Positions 20,038-30,463 of a stretch of 64,000 bases of DNA are shown here, piece by piece. Within the stretch, counting starts at the first letter, position 1; every line of letters starts with the position of its first letter. Made by a program: the position numbers and the translations under genes. The DNA is taken from contig JAFKGR010000019.1 of NCBI GenBank assembly GCA_017307735.1, forward strand, positions 2,622 to 66,621, written 5' to 3'. Below the pieces are notes generated by a model. The model ran no database searches. It was not told where the DNA came from and worked only from the letters and a program-made list of their open reading frames with translations. The stretch is from Chitinophagaceae bacterium. Lineage in GTDB: Bacteria; Bacteroidota; Bacteroidia; Chitinophagales; Chitinophagaceae.

Positions 20038-23000
20038 TTATTTTTTTTCCAGTTGGGTTAAAAATTTTGTTGGGCTGATACCAAATTGCCGTTGGAAATC
20101 CCTGGAGAAATTGGAAGGATGCGAATACCCGATCATGTAAGCAACTTCGTTTATTTTGTAGTCGCCGGAAGATAATAATTCAGCAGCCTTTTTTAAACGT
20201 GATAGGTTGATTAACTCATTCGGAGTGAGATCCGATAGGCCTTTTATTTTGCGATAAAGTGTCGCCTTGCTCATATTCATTGTTTCTGAAAGTTTTTCAA
20301 CACTTAATGATTCGTCATTTATGTTTTGATAAATCACATCATTTAGTCCTTCAAGAAATTCCTGATCGGTTTTGGAGCACGCAATTCCTTTGATATGTGT
20401 AAGTGGCGAACGTGCGAAGTACTCTTTAATCTTATTTCTGTTTGCAAGTAAATTGGTGATTTGTGCCTGCAAGTGTTCCAGGGAAAAGGGTTTTTCTATA
20501 TAGGCATCTGCACCCACTTCAAGTCCTTCTATTTTAGATTGAATAGAATTCTTTGCCGTGATGAGTATAATGGGAATATGGGAGTGCTGAAAGTCATTCT
20601 TAATTTTTTTACACAGTTCTATTCCGTCCATAACAGGCATCATTATATCACTTACCACCACATTGATATTTTCATTTTCAAGGATATGCATTGCATCCTG
20701 ACCGTTTTCTGCCGGAATAACATTATACTTTTCACTTAATTCTTTTCTGATGTAGTCTAATATGTCTGTATTATCCTCAACTAATAAGATGATGGGTCTT
20801 GTTGAATCGAATGAATTAAATTGGGTTGGTTCGTTTGATATATTCTTGTTTTCCTGGTCAGGAGTGTCAATTAAATTGATTGTTGTATCCTGATGGATTG
20901 GGAGTGAAAGCAAAAAAATATTTTGACCGTCGTCTGAGGTTTTCAGGCAAAGGGTTCCATGGTGGAGTTGTGCAAGAGACCTTGCCAGTGGAAGTCCGAT
21001 GCCCGTGCCGGATTCTTTTTCAGTTTCTTTCATACGAAAAAACGGTTCAAATATTTTTTCTTTGAATTGCAGAGGTATTGTATAACCGTCGTTTCTTACT
21101 TCAATATGAAAAAGAGAATCTTCGCTGCTGAAAGGCAGTAATTGCACCCGTACGGATTGATCTGCATATTTAATTGCATTATTCAACAGGTTGCTCAATA
21201 TTTTCTTTACAGCTTCCGTATCTACAAAAGCCTGAAGTGTGATTCTTGGAGTTTCGATCCGATAGGTCAAGCCTTTTTGTTCTGCTGCAGGTTTGAATGT
21301 TGAGAACACTTCTGACGCCAATTCATTGATATCGGTCTTTGCAAAACTGAGAATGAAATTATTGGCCTCCGCCTTACGAAAGTCGAGTAGTTGATTGGTC
21401 AGGTCAATGAGGCGGTTGGTATTTTTTTTCATGATTTCAAGACTTTCGTTCATGTTTATATCGGTAACGCTGCTGTTGAGCAATTTGTCCAGAGGCAGTT
21501 TTATAAGGGTGAGTGGGGTCCTTATTTCATGCGCTACATTAGTGAAAAAATTGATTTTTGCATTATAGATTTCTCTTTCAGTATTTATTTTTATTGATTC
21601 TATTCTTCTTTTATTTTTTTCTGTTAATGCCAGATGATAATATCTCAGAATCGTTATTATGATCGCCAGCACAATCAGCAGATATAATGAATAAGCCCAT
21701 CTGGTGGCCCAAAATGGCGGAAGGATTTTTATTTGAAGTATCGTTTCCCGGTTGTTCCATACCCCTTCGCTATTAGAGCCTTTCACTCTGAAAGTATAAT
21801 TCCCCGGAGGCAATTTAGTATAAAATATTTTTCGGTTCTTTTTAATAGTAGTCCATCCTTTGTCAATCCCTTCCATTTGATAAGAATATTCATTCATTTC
21901 AGGAATAATATAACTAAGTGCGGCTACATCAAGGCTTATATTTGAATTGTAATAGGGTAATGTAATTTCCCTTGTATAGGTGATAGATTCAGTAAGCCCG
22001 GTCTTTTTATTCCCAATAACTGCTTCTTTGTTATTCACCTGAAATCCGGTTATATAAACAGGTGGAACAAAAGTATTTTTTACAAAATCTCCCGGATTAA
22101 AACTTACCATTCCTTTGACGGTTCCAAAAAAGAGAGTGCCATCGTCGTTTTTAAAAGAAGAATTATAATTGAATTGGTCTGTTGGTAATCCGTTTGCAAT
22201 TTGGTAATTATTAAACTTTTGGGTTTGGGGATCAAATCTGCTGAGCCCCTTTGCGGTTGATATCCAGAATTTCCCTGAGTTATCTTCAAGGATGCGGTAA
22301 ATCTGATTATCTGGCAATCCGTCTTCCACTGTATAATTTCTGATTTTCTTCGTCCTGGTATTATAATATGATAATCCTCTCTCTGTACAAAACCAGAAAT
22401 TTTTTTTTCTGTCTTCTATCAGATTATTTACATAATTATCTATGATCCCATTTTCGCTGTCCCTGCTGGTTTGTATTCTGCCCTTTATTTTTTGTTTCTC
22501 GTTTTGGTAAAATATACCATCTCCATAGGTACCCACCCACAGTGTGCCGTTTTCATCTTCATAAATGCATTGAATGTGGCTGTTGAAAAATGGGACAGCG
22601 GTAAAATTATTTTTCTCTCTGTTGTACCTGAAAAGGCCGTTCCATGTACCAACCAATATTTCACCTGAATGAGTTCTGTAGAGAGATATGATAAAATTAC
22701 TGGCAAGTGAGTTGGGTTTTGTTGATGCATTGTAATGCCTAATAACCTTTTTGGTAGTCAGATCCATCACGTCTAAACCATGTTCATAGGTTCCAATCCA
22801 TAATTCGTTTCCATCAGCCACTATTCCATGGATGTTGGAATAGGAGATACTTCCTTTTTTATTGTCAGGTTTAAAATTCGTTATATGCCCATTTTTAAGA
22901 TTAATACAGTTAAGTCCCGCATCCTCTGTCCCTACCCACAGTTCCCCGTATTTGTCTTTGCATATTTCGTGAACAATATTTCCGCTAAGGCTGTTCTTGT

Positions 23001-24018
23001 CTGGCTCCGGAAAGTATTTCTTAAACGCATTGTATTGTTTTGAATAATAATTGACACCTCCGAAAAAAGTTCCGATCCAGATTCCGCCTTCCTTGTCCCC
23101 GGTAATAGAAAACACTACATTGTCTGTAATAGAATAGGGGTTGGTGTAGTCTTTGGAAACTATTTGAGTAGTTAATGTCTTTATGTTGACAATGTATATC
23201 CCGTTTTCTGTTCCAAGCCAGTATTCATCTCCCGATCTGTGAAATATTTTGTGAACCTGTACATCATGAATGGCGGGATTGCCTTTAAAAATATTTTTTA
23301 TAGTTGAATTTTTGTAATTAAGAAGAAGCACTTCATTCATACATCCAATCAATATCGAGGAATCTCCTATCGGAAATATATCCTCAATGGGAGACAGCTT
23401 GTTTTCTTTATAAAGTTTTTTTATGTCGTAATCGATGAAGTTTCCGGAATGTTGATCCAGGTGTTTAATAAGTCCATTAGAAGTAGCAGTCCAGACGTCT
23501 CCCTCTTTTGACACATGCAGGGCAATCGTCTGATCGTTTTTTAATTTGAATGGAGTAACGTGGTTGCCTGTTGGATTGATCTTATACAAAGTGAAATTTG
23601 AAATAATCCAGATATTATTCTGACGATCGCCGGATATAAAGCGTACTTCACCCGGATCAATTAATTTAAATTGTCTGAAGTGTTCCTGCAATGGATTATA
23701 AATGTAAATCCCGTTATAGGTTCCAATCCATAGCTGTTCTTTTTGATCTTCAAACAAACTAAAAATGGAATTACTGCCCAGGCTCAGTGAATCAGATAAA
23801 ATGTTTTGAAATACTTTGAATGTATTGCCATCAAAACGGTTAAGTCCGTTCCGGGTCCCTATCCAGATAAATCCTTTTTTATCCTGTAAAATACTTGTAA
23901 TTGTATTGCTTGAAAGCCCGTTCTGTACCTGATAGTTTTTAAAATAGTAAGTAGAATTCTGAGCAAGGCAAATCCCCGTGAAAAGCAAAAAAATGGTTGA
24001 AAAAAATAATCTTTTCAA
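20038..24018 (-). CDS. Hybrid two-component system sensor kinase/response regulator (Reg_prop propellers, Y_Y_Y, HisKA, HATPase, REC, AraC HTH)
   Basis: GLSSNTITSILQDKKGFIWIGT repeats, FFTNVAHEIRTPLTLI, GTGIGL, VVSDIMMPVMDG, C-terminal AraC helix-turn-helix. Confidence 0.97.
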   Translation of the reverse strand: MKRLFFSTIFLLFTGICLAQNSTYYFKNYQVQNGLSSNTITSILQDKKGFIWIGTRNGLNRFDGNTFKVFQNILSDSLSLGSNSIFSLFEDQKEQLWIGTYNGIYIYNPLQEHFRQFKLIDPGEVRFISGDRQNNIWIISNFTLYKINPTGNHVTPFKLKNDQTIALHVSKEGDVWTATSNGLIKHLDQHSGNFIDYDIKKLYKENKLSPIEDIFPIGDSSILIGCMNEVLLLNYKNSTIKNIFKGNPAIHDVQVHKIFHRSGDEYWLGTENGIYIVNIKTLTTQIVSKDYTNPYSITDNVVFSITGDKEGGIWIGTFFGGVNYYSKQYNAFKKYFPEPDKNSLSGNIVHEICKDKYGELWVGTEDAGLNCINLKNGHITNFKPDNKKGSISYSNIHGIVADGNELWIGTYEHGLDVMDLTTKKVIRHYNASTKPNSLASNFIISLYRTHSGEILVGTWNGLFRYNREKNNFTAVPFFNSHIQCIYEDENGTLWVGTYGDGIFYQNEKQKIKGRIQTSRDSENGIIDNYVNNLIEDRKKNFWFCTERGLSYYNTRTKKIRNYTVEDGLPDNQIYRILEDNSGKFWISTAKGLSRFDPQTQKFNNYQIANGLPTDQFNYNSSFKNDDGTLFFGTVKGMVSFNPGDFVKNTFVPPVYITGFQVNNKEAVIGNKKTGLTESITYTREITLPYYNSNISLDVAALSYIIPEMNEYSYQMEGIDKGWTTIKKNRKIFYTKLPPGNYTFRVKGSNSEGVWNNRETILQIKILPPFWATRWAYSLYLLIVLAIIITILRYYHLALTEKNKRRIESIKINTEREIYNAKINFFTNVAHEIRTPLTLIKLPLDKLLNSSVTDINMNESLEIMKKNTNRLIDLTNQLLDFRKAEANNFILSFAKTDINELASEVFSTFKPAAEQKGLTYRIETPRITLQAFVDTEAVKKILSNLLNNAIKYADQSVRVQLLPFSSEDSLFHIEVRNDGYTIPLQFKEKIFEPFFRMKETEKESGTGIGLPLARSLAQLHHGTLCLKTSDDGQNIFLLSLPIHQDTTINLIDTPDQENKNISNEPTQFNSFDSTRPIILLVEDNTDILDYIRKELSEKYNVIPAENGQDAMHILENENINVVVSDIMMPVMDGIELCKKIKNDFQHSHIPIILITAKNSIQSKIEGLEVGADAYIEKPFSLEHLQAQITNLLANRNKIKEYFARSPLTHIKGIACSKTDQEFLEGLNDVIYQNINDESLSVEKLSETMNMSKATLYRKIKGLSDLTPNELINLSRLKKAAELLSSGDYKINEVAYMIGYSHPSNFSRDFQRQFGISPTKFLTQLEKK

Positions 24019-24109
24019 AACGTTTGGCTTGATTTAATATCAGGTTTAATAAACACTTCTTTACAGTAACTAAAGTTATTTTATAGAGAAAGGCCTGCCA
24101 AATAAATTC

Positions 24110-24142
24110 TCAAAAATGAAACGATTTGAATCAAAAATGAAA
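24110..24142 (+). promoter_or_regulatory. Putative HTCS (AraC) binding site: tandem direct repeat with 21 bp period
   Basis: TCAAAAATGAAA at 24110-24121 and 24131-24142, between the divergent HTCS and susC genes. Confidence 0.7.
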
Positions 24143-24236
24143 AGAATTGAATTATGAGAAAAAGATGATGAAGGTACATTTGGAAAGTCTTTCAAAAGTC
24201 CGTTTATATTTATTTCAGTTTTTTAAATTAATCGCT

Positions 24237-27200
24237 ATGAGTAATTTTTGCCGCGTAAAAATTTTTCAGCAGAACAGATCAAAGGCTATTATAATGGTAG
24301 TATTCCTGTATCTGATATTTCCATTAAGCGGCTTTTCATCTCCAGAGCCGGAATTCAGAAACCCTGATTTTTCCGCCTCACCCTTTGGTGTATCTATAAA
24401 CATTTCAGGGAAAGTAACAGATGAAAACGGAATCCCGCTCCAGGGAGTAACGATAAATGAGAAAGGTACCGGCAATACAACAATGACAGATATAAATGGA
24501 AATTTTGAACTGCCGGTTGGTTCCCCCCGTTCTGTATTAGAAATAAGTTTTGTCGGATTTGCTTCAACGGAAATAGAGGTAGGTAGCCAAACAGAATTCA
24601 ATATTGTATTAAAGAGAAGTATCAGTGCCATGGATTCTGTTGTGGTTATCGGTTACGGTACACAGAGGAGAGGGGATTTGACAGGTTCTATTTCTTCCAT
24701 CAAGAGTAGTGATGTGGCCTCACTCCCTGTCCCGGATGTCGGGCAGGCAATAGAAGGAAAAGCCTCCGGGGTACAGATCGTTGCATCAGGTGCTCCCGGA
24801 AGTAATGTTACCATCAGGGTTCGTGGCGTAGGCACCGTTAATAATAGCGATCCTCTTCTTGTGATTGACGGCATCCCAACCGATGTACCCTTAAATACAA
24901 TCAATCCCAATGATATTTCTTCTATAGACATTTTAAAAGATGCATCCGCGTCCGCTATTTATGGATCGCGGGGAGCAAATGGTGTGGTGATTATTACCAC
25001 CAAAAAGGGAGTAAGCGGTCAAAATCATTTGTCATTTAATTCATTTGTTGGTTCACAAAAAGCCACTGGTATGGTTAAGATGCTCAATGCCTCTCAGTTT
25101 GCTTTACTGAATAATGAGATGATGAAAAATAATAATCAGGCTACTTATTCAGGGTATGCCAATCCGGAATCCCTAGGAAAAGGAACGGGTTGGATGGATC
25201 AAATGTTTAGGACTGCTTCAATACAAAGCTATTCAATAGCTTATTCGGGAGGAAATGATAAAGCCAATTATTATGTTTCCGGAGGATATTTAGATCAGCA
25301 GGGTATAGTAATTAATACAGGTTATAAGAGATATAATATTCAGTTCAACAGTAATGAAAAAGTATTTAAATGGTTAAAGTTCGGGAATGCACTTACTTTA
25401 AATCATGATGAAAAACCAAGCGGCTCCTATAATATTCGCAATACTATGGCCGCCAATCCCACCTTGCCGGTTTTTAATAACGATGGTACTTATGCCGGAC
25501 CTGTGGGCCAACCGCAATGGGTCGGAGATGTAACGAATCCTGTTGCATTGGCAACATTGGTAAAAAACAATACCAGCGGTTATAATATTCTGGGGTCCAT
25601 TTTTGCAGAGATCACACTTGCCAAGGGGCTTACCTTTAAAAGTGTTGGCGGCATTCAGGCACAGTTCTGGGACAGCAGAACGTGGTCACCTGCGTATGAT
25701 TATGATCCTATCCCGCAACCAAGTTCTTATTTGTCTCAGCAATACAACAAGAGTATTACATTGAATTGGGACAATTATTTTACCTATGACGGTCATTTTG
25801 GATTGCATCATGTCACAGGTATGCTGGGTACCAATGCTCAGCAAAATAAGATCAATTGGATATCCGGAAATGTTCAGGGTTTCGCAAGCGACGTTACCCA
25901 GCAACTCAATAACGGGACCTTAAATCCAAATGTAAACGGAACCGGATACGAGTGGGCATTGGCTTCTTATTTTGGAAGAATAAATTATGAATACGACAAT
26001 AAATATTTATTTACCGGTACTCTCAGAAGAGACGGATCATCGCGGTTTGGAGAAAATAATAAATGGGGAACTTTTCCGTCTGCATCAGTGGCATGGAAAA
26101 TTTCAAATGAAAAATTCTTCCAGGATATTCCGTTTATCAATGAATTGAAAATCCGTGCAGGGTATGGCGTAACGGGAAATCAAAATATCGGAAATTATTC
26201 ATTCGCTTCCACCCTTACTTCCGCAGTATATGTTTTCAATGGGAATGTGGTACCCGCAGAAATTGCCATGGTGATGGCCAATCCAAATGTACAATGGGAA
26301 TCAGTAAAACAATCCAATATAGGATTAGATGCTGCATTGTTTGGTCAGCGTATTTTATTTACCATAGATGCGTATTTGAAAAATACTTCTAAAATGCTGG
26401 TACCCATGCCAGTGCCTATATCCACAGGATACTCTGATATAATTGTACCTTTTATCAATACAGGTAAGGTGCAAAACAAAGGAGTGGAAATTGCATTGAC
26501 TTCAAAAAATTTTGTTGGAAAATTTTCCTGGAACACAAGCCTGAATGTTTCGTTTAATAAAAACAAAGTGGTTTCACTTTATCAGAATACGCCAATGTAC
26601 ATAGGAAGCGGAATTGGGCTGAATGGTACGCTAGCTACAAATACGGTTGGATATCCTATCAATTCGTTTTATGGATACGTGATGCAAGGTATTTTTCAGA
26701 CACAAAAGGAGGTGGACAATGCTGCAGTCCAGGTTCCGGGAGCAGACCCTTACAACCGAACTTCCGCAGGTGATGTCCGGTTCAGAGACCTGAATAATGA
26801 TGGTGTCATTAATGATGGCGACCGAACTATTCTTGGTGATCCCAATCCTCAGTTTATTTATGCCATTACAAATAATTTTAGCTATGCCGGTTTTGATCTG
26901 AGTATATTTTTACAGGGGGTACAGGGCAATGATATTTTTAATGCCAACAATGTTTTTCAGGAAAGCATGGCAGTAGCTCAAAATCAGACCGAGCGGGTTT
27001 TGGGGAGATGGGAAGGTGAAGGAACAAGCAATACTATGCCGCGGGCTATTTTTAATGACCCGAATAATAACTCAAGGATTTCATCGCGATTTATAGAAGA
27101 TGGATCCTATATGCGGATAAAAAATATCACATTGGGATATACATTACCCGGGACTTTAATTCATCGTTATAAAGTTCAGCAAATCAGAATATATGCTTCT

Positions 27201-27326
27201 GCTCAAAACCTTGCGACGTTTACCAAGTATTCCGGTTTTGATCCGGAGGTTCCTTCCAATGGTGTAGATTTCAATGTATATCCGGTAACACGGGTTCTCA
27301 GCCTTGGACTAAATATCACTTTTTAA
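24237..27326 (+). CDS. SusC/RagA TonB-dependent transporter (ORF track starts at 24147; ATG 24237 more likely)
   Basis: Plug motif DISSIDILKDASASAIYGSRGANGVVIITTKKG, RRDGSSRFG, FRDLNNDGVIND, C-terminal LGLNITF; no STN extension. Confidence 0.97.
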   Translation: MSNFCRVKIFQQNRSKAIIMVVFLYLIFPLSGFSSPEPEFRNPDFSASPFGVSINISGKVTDENGIPLQGVTINEKGTGNTTMTDINGNFELPVGSPRSVLEISFVGFASTEIEVGSQTEFNIVLKRSISAMDSVVVIGYGTQRRGDLTGSISSIKSSDVASLPVPDVGQAIEGKASGVQIVASGAPGSNVTIRVRGVGTVNNSDPLLVIDGIPTDVPLNTINPNDISSIDILKDASASAIYGSRGANGVVIITTKKGVSGQNHLSFNSFVGSQKATGMVKMLNASQFALLNNEMMKNNNQATYSGYANPESLGKGTGWMDQMFRTASIQSYSIAYSGGNDKANYYVSGGYLDQQGIVINTGYKRYNIQFNSNEKVFKWLKFGNALTLNHDEKPSGSYNIRNTMAANPTLPVFNNDGTYAGPVGQPQWVGDVTNPVALATLVKNNTSGYNILGSIFAEITLAKGLTFKSVGGIQAQFWDSRTWSPAYDYDPIPQPSSYLSQQYNKSITLNWDNYFTYDGHFGLHHVTGMLGTNAQQNKINWISGNVQGFASDVTQQLNNGTLNPNVNGTGYEWALASYFGRINYEYDNKYLFTGTLRRDGSSRFGENNKWGTFPSASVAWKISNEKFFQDIPFINELKIRAGYGVTGNQNIGNYSFASTLTSAVYVFNGNVVPAEIAMVMANPNVQWESVKQSNIGLDAALFGQRILFTIDAYLKNTSKMLVPMPVPISTGYSDIIVPFINTGKVQNKGVEIALTSKNFVGKFSWNTSLNVSFNKNKVVSLYQNTPMYIGSGIGLNGTLATNTVGYPINSFYGYVMQGIFQTQKEVDNAAVQVPGADPYNRTSAGDVRFRDLNNDGVINDGDRTILGDPNPQFIYAITNNFSYAGFDLSIFLQGVQGNDIFNANNVFQESMAVAQNQTERVLGRWEGEGTSNTMPRAIFNDPNNNSRISSRFIEDGSYMRIKNITLGYTLPGTLIHRYKVQQIRIYASAQNLATFTKYSGFDPEVPSNGVDFNVYPVTRVLSLGLNITF

Positions 27327-27337
27327 AACTGACAGCC

Positions 27338-28819
27338 ATGAAACTAAATAAATCGTTTGTTGTTATTTCTTGTATGGTAATATTTGCTACGGGATGTTCC
27401 AAGACATTCCTGGAAAAGTCCCCTCTTGATTCGGTTAATACATCCAACTTTTATAAAACTGCCGGTGATGCCGTGGCCGCTATCAATGCGGCTTACCAGC
27501 CCCTTCAGCGTCCGAAGCTTTATAATATGCGTATGTGGACTACGGATATAATGGCCGGGAATAGTGAGGTAGGGGCAGGTGGCGGAACCGACGGAATAGA
27601 AACCAAGGACGAAGCCAATTTTGTAACGACGACAGACAACGCCGGAGTATTAGACCTGTACAGAGGCCCGGCTCCTGGCATACTGGCCTGTAATATCGTT
27701 TTGGAAAGAGTACCCGCCATTAATATGGATCAGGATTTAAAGGACAGAATTTTAGGGGAAGCTCATTTTTTAAGAGGGTTATATTATTTTATTTTGGTTC
27801 GCTTTTTTGGAGACGTTCCCTTAATTACCAAACCCCAGAATGCAGGAGACGATTTGAAACCCGCCCGTACGCCCAAAGACAAAGTATATGAACAAATCGT
27901 CAGCGATCTTAATGATGCAATAACGATGCTACCACCGCGCGAAGATTATTCAGGCTCAGAAGTGGGCCGCGCGTCAAAAGGGTCGGCGGTAGGGCTCCTG
28001 GCAAAGGTGTATCTGACTTTAGGTGACTATCAGAAGACGGTAGATCTCTGCCGCCAGGTAACTAACCTGGGCTATCAATTAAATCCGGATTATTCAGATA
28101 ATTTTTCGGCAACGAAAAAGAATACAATAGAATCACTTTTTGAAGTGCAATATAGCGGAGCAACAACCTATGGTTTTTTTGATGATTTTAATCAGGCATC
28201 GTGGTTAAGCACATTTACCGGCCCCCGCAATTCCGATTTCGTAGGAGGCGCTTATGGCTGGAACCAGCCAACACAGGAATTTGTTGATTCTTATGAACCC
28301 GGCGATTTGCGAAAAGATAAAACAGTTTTATATGAAGGGTGCCCTCCTTTCGATGGTAAGGATTACAAAGCATCTTATTCCGGGACAGGATATAATCTGA
28401 GAAAATTTTTAGTTCCGAAATCGATATCACCTGATTATAATACCAATCCTGAAGATTTTGTGGTATTGCGATATGCAGATGTTTTGCTGATGGAAGCAGA
28501 GGCATTAAACGAGCTCGGGCAGATGGATGCAGCTATCGTCCCTTTAAATGAAGTGCGTGAAAGAGCAGGCCTGCCGGATAAACAGGCGAATGTTTCCAAA
28601 GATGAAATGAGAACCGTTATACTTCACGAAAGACGGATGGAACTTGCCTTTGAGGGGCAAAGATGGTTTGACCTTATTCGTGTACAGAATGGCCAGTACG
28701 GATTGGATTTTTTACATTCCATCGGAAAAGTAAATGCCACCCAGAAGTTTTTGTTGCTGCCCATTCCACAGGTGGAGAGAGATGCCAACGAGAACCTTAC
28801 TCAAAACCCGGGATATTAA
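27338..28819 (+). CDS. RagB/SusD family lipoprotein
   Basis: Lipobox ATGC, GEAHFLRGLYYFILVRFFGDVPL, LRYADVLLMEAEA, ERRMELAFEGQRWFDLIR, LTQNPGY. Confidence 0.97.
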   Translation: MKLNKSFVVISCMVIFATGCSKTFLEKSPLDSVNTSNFYKTAGDAVAAINAAYQPLQRPKLYNMRMWTTDIMAGNSEVGAGGGTDGIETKDEANFVTTTDNAGVLDLYRGPAPGILACNIVLERVPAINMDQDLKDRILGEAHFLRGLYYFILVRFFGDVPLITKPQNAGDDLKPARTPKDKVYEQIVSDLNDAITMLPPREDYSGSEVGRASKGSAVGLLAKVYLTLGDYQKTVDLCRQVTNLGYQLNPDYSDNFSATKKNTIESLFEVQYSGATTYGFFDDFNQASWLSTFTGPRNSDFVGGAYGWNQPTQEFVDSYEPGDLRKDKTVLYEGCPPFDGKDYKASYSGTGYNLRKFLVPKSISPDYNTNPEDFVVLRYADVLLMEAEALNELGQMDAAIVPLNEVRERAGLPDKQANVSKDEMRTVILHERRMELAFEGQRWFDLIRVQNGQYGLDFLHSIGKVNATQKFLLLPIPQVERDANENLTQNPGY

Positions 28820-28847
28820 TTTTTGACAACCAGTAAACGAATTTTAT

Positions 28848-30347
28848 ATGCAATTTTCATTTTTATTTTTAAAACAAAAGAAGGCGACAACTTTTCTGCA
28901 GGTTTGTATTGCTATAATATTTTCAGGCATGCTGTTTCTATCCTGTAAAAAGACGGGAATTGTTATCCCCGGTGCGACAAATGGCCCCCTGGCAATAACA
29001 ACTTCTGATTCTTCGCTTATTCTGAATCAGCTAAATCAAAATAATACTGCAATCACATTCACCTGGACAACCGGTACCAATGAAGGCACCAATTCCGCTA
29101 TTACTTATTCTTTTCAATTGGATAAGAAGGGGAATAATTTTGCTAATCCCATTGCTCTTGATTTAGGGAAACAGGTGTATTCTCTGGATTATACAACAGG
29201 GCAATTGAATGATAGTCTTTTGCATCATTGGAATATTGCACCCGGAACATCAGCAGTCTTTGAAGCCCGGGTTATTGCTACAGTTTTGGGATCATCTCTG
29301 CCACCTCAGATATCCAATAGTACAGAATTTTCTGCCACACCGTACCAACCGGTATCATCTACTTTATATATTATTGGCGGGGCCACATCCACCGGCTGGG
29401 ATAATAATCTGGCGCAGGCGCTGACTACCGATCCTGAAACCCCGGGTGGTTTTATTTATAAGGGTACACTTTCACCGGGCACTTTCAAATTTATAACCAC
29501 ACATGGAAGTTTTTTACCATCTTATAATCAAGGTGCAGACAGTTCAAAATTATTTTACAGGACTTCTGATTCTCAGCCGGATGACCAATTTACTATTTCA
29601 GAAACCAGCGTTTATAAAATAACGGTGAATCTCATCACGCTTAGTATCAAGGTTGAGAAACTGGCACAGGCTCCGTATTCAAAATTGTGGATTATAGGAG
29701 ATGCTGTTCCAAAGGGATGGAATATAAGCACCCCTGATTCAATGTTCAGAAATCCCAATAATGAATTTGTTTTTAAATACAACCAGATTCTCAATTCCGG
29801 GGAGTTTAAAATTCCTACGGCTGCCACCGGAAACTTTAGTGTTCCATTTTATATGCCTCTTTCCAATCATCCTGATGTATCAGAAACAGGCGTCCAGTTA
29901 GTGCAAAGCGGGGGAGATGATTTCAAATGGTTAATAACTAATCCCGGAGCCTATAAGATTACACTCAATCTTTTAGACATGTCAATTCACATAGTCCCGT
30001 TTCAGCCTTATGCTAAATTATGGATTGTGGGAGATGCTACTCCGAACGGATGGAACATAGACAATCCTACTGAGATGACAGCCACGGCTGATCCCAATGT
30101 GTTTACCTATTCCGGCCACCTGAATGTGGGAGAATTTAAAATGCCTGTTGCTACCGGTGATTGGGGTACCGATTTCTTCAGGCCTTACAAAAACCACCCG
30201 GACATAAGTGACACCGATGCTCCCTTTGTGAAGCATGGTACGGCGCCTGAAGATACAGATGATTATAAATGGTATATTCCGGTTGCCGGTAATTATACAA
30301 TCACGCTAAATCAATTGTACGAGACTATCTCCATAGTAAAACAATAA
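28848..30347 (+). CDS. SusE/SusF-like surface glycan-binding lipoprotein
   Basis: Lipobox FLSC, SusE-type N-terminal Ig domain (AITFTWT...YSFQLDKKGNNF), three LYII/LWIIGDA..GW...GEFK modules. Confidence 0.88.
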   Translation: MQFSFLFLKQKKATTFLQVCIAIIFSGMLFLSCKKTGIVIPGATNGPLAITTSDSSLILNQLNQNNTAITFTWTTGTNEGTNSAITYSFQLDKKGNNFANPIALDLGKQVYSLDYTTGQLNDSLLHHWNIAPGTSAVFEARVIATVLGSSLPPQISNSTEFSATPYQPVSSTLYIIGGATSTGWDNNLAQALTTDPETPGGFIYKGTLSPGTFKFITTHGSFLPSYNQGADSSKLFYRTSDSQPDDQFTISETSVYKITVNLITLSIKVEKLAQAPYSKLWIIGDAVPKGWNISTPDSMFRNPNNEFVFKYNQILNSGEFKIPTAATGNFSVPFYMPLSNHPDVSETGVQLVQSGGDDFKWLITNPGAYKITLNLLDMSIHIVPFQPYAKLWIVGDATPNGWNIDNPTEMTATADPNVFTYSGHLNVGEFKMPVATGDWGTDFFRPYKNHPDISDTDAPFVKHGTAPEDTDDYKWYIPVAGNYTITLNQLYETISIVKQ

Positions 30348-30463
30348 ACGAACAAAAGACTTGTTTGATAAACTTTCTTTTAAAATTAAATCCTTAGTTA
30401 TCAGATCAGGGATATCGCGACCTGGATTACAAATATTTTTTTAACGCTAAAGGAAAACTAAAA

